Source of the DNA: Macrostomum lignano | Lineage: Eukaryota | Assembly: GCA_002269645.1 (NCBI GenBank) | Contig: NIVC01004898.1 | Span: 1-32,039, forward strand | DNA: 32,039 nt | Reading direction: 5' to 3' | Part shown: piece by piece, positions 9,089 to 16,549 of the stretch | Layout: every line of letters begins with the position of its first letter | Numbering within the stretch: position 1 is the stretch's first letter | Program-made: the position numbers and the translations under genes | Notes under the pieces: model-generated | The model's database searches: none | Told to the model about the DNA's origin: nothing | Seen by the model: the letters and a program-made list of their open reading frames with translations, nothing else

Positions 9089-9844
9089 TTAATCCTCATC
9101 GTCCTCTTTCATCAGATCTTTTAAGATTCGATTTTTCCTTTCTAACCTTGGGTTGATATATATATGTTTGTATTGGCTATCATCCCAAATTTTTTTACAC
9201 AAGCTTTTAAATTGTTTTGTATCCAACCCAGGATTAAATCTAGCGTGTATATTTTGTAAATCATAATTATCTAAATCAAACATTACACAACAACTTGCAT
9301 TCTTTTTTATAATCGATTCTAATTCTCTAAAGGACTGTGTTAGATAAAAAGCTCCAATTCCATCTCCTCTACCACTAACAAAAATTTCCTTTTGCAATTC
9401 TTGATCACCGTCATTAATACAATCATCAAAAATAATTAGTGTTTTATCATGTTTTGGAATTTGATCATAGGCTAATCGGGTTGATACTCTAACAGTTGGG
9501 GCTCGTTCGGTGATGTTTTCTGGTTGTTGTGCCATTGTTTTACATAAATCCTCAATGTCATCGAGTGTAAATCGCGGTTCGTCATCATCCTCATATTGCT
9601 CATATGCTCTTAACATTCTAAACAAGACATCTTTTTTTAATTTGTTTTTTAATCCATGTTTAAGAAATTCATAATATTTTATTCTAGGTTTGTTAGTATA
9701 AATTATTAAATTATTATAGTCTAACATTCCATCTGTTGTTAATAAATCGTAAACAAAGTGTGTTTTTCCTTTACCTGATCCTCCGATTACTAAACAAAGA
9801 AAAGGATCATTTGGAAATATCTTATCGTGTTTTGCCTTTACCAT
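9089..9844 (-). CDS. A32-like (FtsK-HerA) DNA packaging ATPase
   Basis: Walker A GGSGKGKT, Walker B LIIFDD, GR...I..FYLTQSF arginine-finger/sensor region. Confidence 0.92.
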   Translation of the reverse strand: MVKAKHDKIFPNDPFLCLVIGGSGKGKTHFVYDLLTTDGMLDYNNLIIYTNKPRIKYYEFLKHGLKNKLKKDVLFRMLRAYEQYEDDDEPRFTLDDIEDLCKTMAQQPENITERAPTVRVSTRLAYDQIPKHDKTLIIFDDCINDGDQELQKEIFVSGRGDGIGAFYLTQSFRELESIIKKNASCCVMFDLDNYDLQNIHARFNPGLDTKQFKSLCKKIWDDSQYKHIYINPRLERKNRILKDLMKEDDED

Positions 9845-9865
9845 TTTTAAAGAAATAATTTAAAT

Positions 9866-9940
9866 AGGCGCGACGGTCGGAGACCTGCGCCGCTTACAGC
9901 GGGGCGACGTGCTTTGCACTGCGACACTAAAGTGGCGCGT
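9866..9940 (-). terminator. Cluster of 3-4 GC-rich mini-hairpins across and just after the MCP stop codon
   Basis: Minus strand: GTGC-AAA-GCAC, CCGCT-GTA-AGCGG, GGTC-TCC-GACC inside GGCGC/GCGCC. The 12-mer GTGCAAAGCACG is identical to part of insert 1. The terminator role is only inferred. Confidence 0.45.
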
Positions 9941-11399
9941 CCCGAACAATCGTGCCATCAGCTTTAGCAATTGACATATATTCCTCTAGAAACAATACGT
10001 GTGCGTCTATTGCCTGATTACCGGTTTTATTAATCTCTAACATATAATTAAGTCCAATATTGGCTACGTTTTCTTTCTGTGCCGTTAGATCATAAACAAC
10101 CACTGGATGAATGTTTAGAAACTCTGTGGGTGTGTACTGAGGGACGGCATACGCTTCATTTTTAGCATAATCTTGATAATATTTTATAAAATCATTAACA
10201 TTATTATTTGCTATATTTAAATTTAGGGGGTCTTTAACCGGATAATATTGATCATCAACCTGCAGGCGGATATTCTGAACATTAAACTCGTTAATAGCTG
10301 CAGCCGCATTGTCTGTTGCGGTGGCTGCTTGTTCTGCTATGGCACCGGATTGAAGCCAATATAAATCCCCATTTGCTCTTTTACTCCTTCTATTTGTTAT
10401 CTTAAACCAAACAAAAATATATCTCACCCGACGTTTTGATGTCAGTATTTGCCACTGGAATGAATCCTGGTTATTATTAATGGTTCGCATAAAATGTCGA
10501 CGATTCAAATAAAATATTTCCTGATCATGCGTTAACTGATTATCGATGTGTTTTAAAAGTGGGGCTGTTACCTCAATAGTTGGTACGACTAATTGAATTG
10601 AATCTATACGAACTGCTATATCGGTTGAAATTGAGGTTCCATAAAGTATCCTAGGCTGATATCCACCAGATATTTGCAACTGTATCCCAAATTTTAATCC
10701 TTTCCATACCCGATTTGGTGAGAAAAACCCAAATAGTGGAAAGATTGAAAAGTCCTGCTCATATGCTGTTGCTGTGGTTAAAACCGCGACTGGGAATTTA
10801 TTCTGACGATCTATAAAACCAGTATTAATATCTTTTGTATTAGTCATAGTGGTTACAACTGGAACTATGTTTGTATTAAGGTAAACAATTAGCGCTGCAG
10901 TATCTGCACCGGCTGCGTTTTGTACATTAGGGAAAACTACTGCTTGCCCGTTACCTTTATCCGGCATCCACCCAACATTATCACCAACTTGTTTTGATAA
11001 ATAAGTATAATTTAAATGTTTCAAAACTCCATTAATCTCTGCGGGGTTTGATGATGTCTCAACCTCAGCACCATTAACAGTTAGTTGAGCTTGGGAAAAA
11101 CATTTATAAAACCAATCATTTTCTATTATTATTCTGGATCGATCTGCGATATCTCCGGCTGCAAGAGCAGTTCCATCATTTCTAGTATACAACCATCTAA
11201 CGCGGAAAAACGCATTTTTCATATCCAATATAGTGTTGGTTGCGCCGATGTCAAAAGTTACCGTTCCAGTAGTAAAGTTATTTGAATTATCACTTGTTGG
11301 TAGGGTATAATTTAAATCTCTTGCTCTGACCTCATTAATATACTGTCGGTGCTTTTTGAAATGAAATTTATCACTCCACATAGTTTTTGTTTCAGCCAT
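9927..11399 (-). CDS. Major capsid protein (double jelly roll, PY-like)
   Basis: 490 aa, beta-rich; FDI, D..N..F.V, FSQA.L.VNG..VE, R.IFV.F, L.VD...YP, F...HP...YDLT patterns; Polinton gene context. Confidence 0.88.
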   Translation of the reverse strand: MAETKTMWSDKFHFKKHRQYINEVRARDLNYTLPTSDNSNNFTTGTVTFDIGATNTILDMKNAFFRVRWLYTRNDGTALAAGDIADRSRIIIENDWFYKCFSQAQLTVNGAEVETSSNPAEINGVLKHLNYTYLSKQVGDNVGWMPDKGNGQAVVFPNVQNAAGADTAALIVYLNTNIVPVVTTMTNTKDINTGFIDRQNKFPVAVLTTATAYEQDFSIFPLFGFFSPNRVWKGLKFGIQLQISGGYQPRILYGTSISTDIAVRIDSIQLVVPTIEVTAPLLKHIDNQLTHDQEIFYLNRRHFMRTINNNQDSFQWQILTSKRRVRYIFVWFKITNRRSKRANGDLYWLQSGAIAEQAATATDNAAAAINEFNVQNIRLQVDDQYYPVKDPLNLNIANNNVNDFIKYYQDYAKNEAYAVPQYTPTEFLNIHPVVVYDLTAQKENVANIGLNYMLEINKTGNQAIDAHVLFLEEYMSIAKADGTIVRDAPL

Positions 11400-11433
11400 T
11401 TTTTTAAGTTAAAAAAGTTTTTTATGTTAAAAA

Positions 11434-12075
11434 ATGAGTCAATTTATGGACGTTGATGGAGAGTTAGCGATTTATAAAGAGAAGCAAAGATATTCTGATT
11501 TTGTTAGAAATTTACAAAAAAGAAAGTTAGGAATACAATTAGCTGGCGAAAGATTTGCTGCTCCTTTTGTTAATCCTATTACTGGGAAAATTAGTGAACT
11601 AGAAAAAACAGATAAAGATCTTCTGGAAAAAATTGCTAAAAATACTGAGCCAAAAGAGGATGAAATTTTGGATGATGAGCCGCCTGCTTATGGTGTTGCT
11701 CAAGCACAATTGAGAGTTATAGAGATTAGGGCTGAAGAGATTAGGGGTGGAGTTGATCGGCAACAATTTCCAAGAGTACCACCTAGTATTGCTGTTACAG
11801 ATTTAGGTAATAATAATTATCGAATTGGTAACGTTGATAAAGATCGAAATGAACTATATACAGAATTGGGTGGAGCATATAATATTATTATGAACCCTAG
11901 GGTAAAATTTAACCCGGATTTATATACTAAGGATGAATTAGTAAGTGCTAAAATTTTTTATAATGAGTTAGGAGGAGCTGTTAAAAATACCAGCTTGTAT
12001 AAATGGATTGTAAATTCTATAAATAACAAACCAGCTGTTGGTGATGGATTTAAAACCCGCGAAAACTTGTTTTAG
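11434..12075 (+). CDS. PZ-like/core-protein candidate (213 aa)
   Basis: N-terminal ...F..PIT..I.EL motif reminiscent of Polinton PZ-type ORFs; divergent from MCP. Assignment is from memory. Confidence 0.45.
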   Translation: MSQFMDVDGELAIYKEKQRYSDFVRNLQKRKLGIQLAGERFAAPFVNPITGKISELEKTDKDLLEKIAKNTEPKEDEILDDEPPAYGVAQAQLRVIEIRAEEIRGGVDRQQFPRVPPSIAVTDLGNNNYRIGNVDKDRNELYTELGGAYNIIMNPRVKFNPDLYTKDELVSAKIFYNELGGAVKNTSLYKWIVNSINNKPAVGDGFKTRENLF

Positions 12076-12133
12076 CTGCTGCGAAAGCTGCTGGACATAC
12101 AGGTGTTTAATTGTTAAATTTATTTTTTATAAA

Positions 12134-12637
12134 ATGGATAATACGATAAAAGATTGTCTTTGTAAACCTATTTATGATAAGGCTGGTTCTGACAGAATAC
12201 TAAATAAGATATTTCAAGATGAATTAATAATTGCAAACCGTATTAAAACAATTCAAATGAGACTTGGATATCTTTATGAATTATTAGCTATTAAACATTT
12301 TGGTTTTGAAAAAGTAAATAAAATTGATTTAATTCATACAGAAAGAAAAGTTGCGTTAGAGTTAAAATCTTCTGATAACACAGATAATTCATCAAGTCGA
12401 TTTAGAAATATTCAAAAGTTATTAGAATTTAAATATGTTAATCCCGAATTTGATTTATATTATATTTGCATTAATAATACTACTAAAAACCCCGTACAAA
12501 AAGTATTTGATAATGGAGTTACCTTGTTAACTGGGGAATTTGCTTTAAATTTTTTATATGGTGATCAATATTTAGAAATTATTAAATTGATAGAAACATG
12601 TTTTTTAAACATTAAAAATGAACCAACTTGTGTTTGA
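12134..12637 (+). CDS. PD-(D/E)xK nuclease resembling the Eco47II restriction endonuclease family (167 aa from the AAAATG at 12134)
   Basis: KTIQMRLGYLYE ... IDL-x6-K-VALELK-SSDNTDNSSS ... KL fits the Eco47II-family pattern KT..N.IG.FHQ ... D......K...E.KN..NT.NSSS as I recall it. Catalytic D and ExK are present. Confidence 0.65.
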   Translation: MDNTIKDCLCKPIYDKAGSDRILNKIFQDELIIANRIKTIQMRLGYLYELLAIKHFGFEKVNKIDLIHTERKVALELKSSDNTDNSSSRFRNIQKLLEFKYVNPEFDLYYICINNTTKNPVQKVFDNGVTLLTGEFALNFLYGDQYLEIIKLIETCFLNIKNEPTCV

Positions 12638-14220
12638 TGGAGGATTGTTAGATGTTCAAAAAGGATTAACAAGCTTACCACCAATCTTTACTACTGGGAG
12701 GTATACAAATGAATTACACATCCCATCTTACAACTTCGCGGGTGGAGCTCGAGCTGTGCCCGAGTGGTAGATGCAAAGCTACTGCTAGTCACTATTAGTG
12801 GCAACACCAGCCGCTCACTCAATCCCCTAAAGCTTCAAGTACCACTTTGTTTTCGAAAGATTACAAAGGAACAGAGGTAACTCCTCTTCCCAACGGTAAC
12901 AAGCTTGAAGATAAATATATGGGCAAGAGTGAATCGAAAACCTAACCTCATATGACTTGAGTATGGTTGAGATGCAACGACTGTACGCTGGTGGGCTTGA
13001 AGGACTTAGTCAATCCTTATGATAGCTTAAGACACAGTCTACTCCTTTGTGAAAGCAAAGGTATAAAGGCCGGGTTGACTCGACTCGATCTCCGATTAAA
13101 TCCTGACAATACTCCAAAATCTGATTCAATTCCAATAAATGGGATTGATTGGTTAGCATACTATCACGACTTAGCATATAGAGATGCTGACAAGAACCCG
13201 CCCGAGGAAGCATTAAGATTAAAACATGAAGCCGATCAAAAAATGATTCAAGGATTAGATAACTTGCAGGGATTATCGGTAGGGCAAAGATTAACTAGGT
13301 GGATGGTTAAAAAGATTTTGCAGTCTAAAGTTAAATTTGGTTTGGGAATTAATTATAATCAACATGGAAATAATTGTGTCGAGTGTTTATTATTAAGTGG
13401 TGGTGGGTTAAGTTCTGATGAGGCAAAGATTCTTCATAAAGAATATCGAAAACCTAAATTTTATAGAAAAATCATGAACTTCAAAAAGAATGAAATTTGG
13501 TATGCTGATTTAATGTCGATGCCGAACGAAAGAGGATATAAATATATCTTAACCATATTAGATGGTTTTACTCGATACGCGTGGGCTGTTCCTTTAAAAT
13601 CCAAAAAGGGAGAGGAGGTTGCTGCTGCTTTTAGAAGTCTTGGAGAAAAAAGCGAAAGATTGTGTGTTGATGAAGGAAAAGAATTTTACAATCCTCATAT
13701 GTATAAATTGTATCATTTTGAAAAAGGAAAAGAAAGGAAAAAAGACGCGAATGGGGAGTATATTAATAAAATTTATTCTATTTATGGAGAGAGTAAAAAC
13801 GCATTAATAGAAAGATTTAATCGAACTTTAGGTAAGAAATTATGGTTTCAGTTTAGTCTTAATGGTAACCAAAAGTGGGTAAAAATATTACCAGACGTAG
13901 TGAAAGATTATAACAATTCATATCATTCAGCTATAAAGATGACTCCTCAACAAGCTTATAACAATCCTGAAAAAGTTAAAGTTACTTTTGGAAAATTTGA
14001 AAAAAATAAAAAGAAATCTTTTAAGGTTGGTGATTCTGTTTATATCTATAAATGGAAAGATAAGTTTGAAAAAGGAAGAAAAGGATATTGGAAGATAAGT
14101 GAGAAATTTACTATCAGTAAAGTTTTAAATACCAATCCTACAACCTATATAATTGCTGATAAGGACGGTGAAGAAATATTGGGTTCTTTTTATGAGAACC
14201 AGATAATGTCTGCGAACTAA
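12618..14220 (+). CDS. PLA2 (parvovirus-type)-RVE integrase fusion, interrupted by a group I intron (exon 1 12618-12743, exon 2 from 13070)
   Basis: Exon 1 ends ELHIPSYNFAG. Exon 2 gives (PG)..TRLDLRL...PINGIDWLAYYHDLAY (PLA2 HD motif), then WYADL, LTILDGFTRYAW, VDEGKEF, IERFNRTL (DDE integrase) and an FKVGD C-terminal domain. One indel near 13073-13077 is needed to keep frame if the intron ends at 13069. Confidence 0.9.
12744..13069 (+). ncRNA. Group I self-splicing intron (326 nt, no internal ORF)
   Basis: P1: exon CGGGU with IGS GCCCG 12758-62 (U.G at the splice site). P2; P2.1. P3: CACCAGC 12805-11 / GCTGGTG 12987-93. P4: TCACTC / GAGTGA. P5a-c. P6: ATC / GAT; P6a. P7: GACTG 12979-83 / CAGTC 13035-39 with bulged C and A-U closing pair. 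J8/7 TAAGACA; P8. P9: CCTTTGT-GAAA-GCAAAGG. Terminal G. Confidence 0.92.
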
Positions 14221-14230
14221 GTTCAAACAG

Positions 14231-14455
14231 TTACTTAAGACAACATGGTAGTAAATTTTTTATTACAAACAAAAACAATATTATTACTATAATTGTTACT
14301 AATATTATTATTGACATTTGTTCAACTGTTATCAAACTTAAATTTTCATTAAGTTCATTAATTGGAACATTTCCGATGTAGGAATAGTTTACCTTCATTT
14401 TTTTATATATATTTTTCACAATAAATGTCGTTTCTGTTATAGAATAATAGTTCAT
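14231..14455 (-). CDS. Small single-TM protein (74 aa)
   Basis: AAAAAATG start; hydrophobic MSIIILVTIIVIILFLFVI. Confidence 0.5.
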   Translation of the reverse strand: MNYYSITETTFIVKNIYKKMKVNYSYIGNVPINELNENLSLITVEQMSIIILVTIIVIILFLFVIKNLLPCCLK

Positions 14456-14471
14456 TTTTTAAATATTTTTT

Positions 14472-14786
14472 TCACATAAAAATTTCACTTTCATTCTCTG
14501 AATCACTGGTTTCATATGAACTATTTGTTGATTCGGAATCTGTTGATCTAACCTCCCAATCATCCGAATTTAAATAATCTCCAAGTTGAAATATTAACTC
14601 ACCCTCTTGTTCTAAATCATACATCTCATCTAGCTCTAATTGATAAAGTTTTAGGTCGTGCTTGTCGTCATATTTTAAATAAACTTCATCAATTATTCCA
14701 TTCAAAATATGTTGTTTTATTATCTCTGCATTTTTAGCAACAGTCTCAAAAGTATCACTAACAGAAAAGGTGTAAACTCGGGTCAT
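14472..14786 (-). CDS. Acidic hypothetical protein (104 aa)
   Basis: AAAAATG start; D/E/S-rich tail. Confidence 0.55.
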   Translation of the reverse strand: MTRVYTFSVSDTFETVAKNAEIIKQHILNGIIDEVYLKYDDKHDLKLYQLELDEMYDLEQEGELIFQLGDYLNSDDWEVRSTDSESTNSSYETSDSENESEIFM

Positions 14787-14843
14787 TTTTAGTAACAGAA
14801 AAAGACCCTTCGCGCCTGCGGCGCGGGCAAGGGGTTATAGAGT

Positions 14844-15110
14844 AGTAGTATAGAAAAAGACGCTTCTAGATCAGACCTTATTTTAATTACCGTTTTTAAG
14901 GTCTTAAGAGGGGGGACGCGAGGGGAGTATTGGGGAGTGTTTGGAAGTGTTGGGATTGATTTTTATTGTTAGGGGTGATTATGGGTGATTAGATGTATTA
15001 ATGGTGATTAGATGTGTTTTTTTATTTACCCCCCGTGTCCCCCCTCTAGACCCTTAAAACGGTAATTAAAAAAGTGCTCTGGGTCTAGAAGCGTCTTTTT
15101 CTATACTACT
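14844..15110. repeat. Terminal fold-back: ~90-bp inverted repeat (27 bp perfect) ending at the Polinton terminus
   Basis: AGTAGTATAGAAAAAGACGCTTCTAGA (14844-70) is the exact reverse complement of 15084-15110. Imperfect pairing continues to ~14934/15029 around a G/T-rich spacer. Confidence 0.9.
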
Positions 15111-15536
15111 GTTGAGTTCGTTATTTCTGGCAGTTGATTAAATTATTGTTTTGTTTTATTCTCACCCTTGACACCAAGGTCAAATCCGGTGGCAATCATG
15201 GCAGTGACAGGCCAGATACGAAGCAAACGCATGCCATCGGTCTGACTGGAACTAAATGTAGTAGCAATCTGTGACCCCCGTCCTCGAGGCAGCGAAAAAG
15301 GAATAAATTTCTTTTTGAATAAACTAAATGCAGCTTTCGACCTTGTACAGTGTCTATTGCCAATTTTTTTAGGAAAACGATGCTTAAAATAAAAAAGCAC
15401 CAAGCGCTGGAAGCCTGCTATCTAGCCTAAGACATCAGCACCCCTGTGAGCCTTGGCATCAAAACCTCCCTTTAAGGCTAAGCCATGGCTTAATACTAGT
15501 TTTCCATTTTATGCTTACCAGCAACTCCCAATCGAC

Positions 15537-16527
15537 CCTTGACATCTCAGCAATTCCCCCCGTGAGCATCGTGAGCATTGGCATCTCAGCAATTCCCCCC
15601 GTGAGCATTGGCATCTCAGCAATTCCCCCCGTGAGCCTGGCATCTCAGCAATTTCCCCCGTGAGCATTGACATCTCAGCAATTCCCCTCGTGAGCCTGGC
15701 ATCTCAGCAATTCCCCTCGTGAGCCTGGCATCTCAGAAATCCCCCCCGTGAGCCTGGCATCTCAGCAATTTCCCCCGTGAGCATTGACATCTCAGCAATT
15801 CCCCTCGTGAGCCTGGCATCTCAGCAATTCCCCTCGTGAGCCTGGCATCTCAGAAATTCCCCTCGTGAGCCTGGCATCTCAGCAATTCCCCCCGTGAGCC
15901 TGGCATCTCAGCAATTTCCCCCGTGAGCATTGACATCTCAGCAATTCCCCTCGTGAGCCTGGCATCTCAGAAATTCCCCTCGTGAGCCTGGCATCTCAGC
16001 AATTCCACTCGTGAGCCTGGCATCTCAGCAATTCCCCCCGTGAGCCTGGCATCTCAGCAATTCCCCTCGTGAGCCTGGCATCTCAGCAATTCCCCTCGTG
16101 AGCCTGGCATCTCAGAAATTCCCCTCGTGAGCCTGGCATCTCAGCAATTCCCCTCGTGAGCCTGGCATCTCAGCAATTCCCCTCGTGAGCCTGGCATCTC
16201 AGCAATTCCCCTCGTGAGCCTGGCATCTCAGCAATTCCCCTCGTGAGCCTGGCATCTCAGCAATTCCCCTCGTGAGCCTGGCATCTCAGCAATTCCCCCG
16301 TGAGCATTGACATCTCAGCAATTCCCCCGTGAGCACTGGCATCTCAGCAATTCCCCCCGTGAGCATTGGCATCTCAGCAATTCCCCCCGTGAGCATTGAC
16401 ATCTCAGAAATTCCCCCGTGAGCATTGACATCTCAGCAATTCCCCCCGTGAGCATTGACATCTCAGCAATTCCCCCGTGAGCACTGGCATCTCAGCAATT
16501 CCCCCCGTGAGCATTGGCATCTCAGCA
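15537..16527. repeat. Minisatellite, ~28-30 bp unit GTGAGCCTGGCATCTCAGCAATTCCCCTC
   Basis: More than 30 visible tandem copies. Confidence 0.95.
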
Positions 16528-16549
16528 AGTCAAGATCGGCGACGAGTGA

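Larger units (their letters stand above)
1..15110. mobile_element. Polinton/Maverick (adintovirus-like) endogenous DNA virus, right-hand ~15 kb; left end lies outside the window
   Basis: Intron-poor, AT-rich, gene-dense block with pPolB, A32-like ATPase, major and minor capsid, adenain protease and RVE integrase. Ends in CTATACTACT (reverse complement of the AGTAGT-type Polinton terminus), followed by an abrupt switch to host-like DNA. Confidence 0.95.

Noticed and set aside
12038-12133. N-terminal 32 aa of ORF 12038-12637
   Set aside because: It overlaps the upstream gene and lacks the AAAATG context found at 12134.
12967-13069. ORF-track N-terminus MRCNDCTLVGL... of the integrase
   Set aside because: It is a read-through of the intron's catalytic core. 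The true start is the ATG at 12618.
14844-15110. Independent MITE inserted at the element end
   Set aside because: No target-site duplication (TAGAGT or TTATAG versus GTTGAG), so it is treated as the element's own terminus.
15537-16527. Tandem arrays here and elsewhere as CRISPR arrays
   Set aside because: There are no unique spacers, no cas genes, and the context is eukaryotic.
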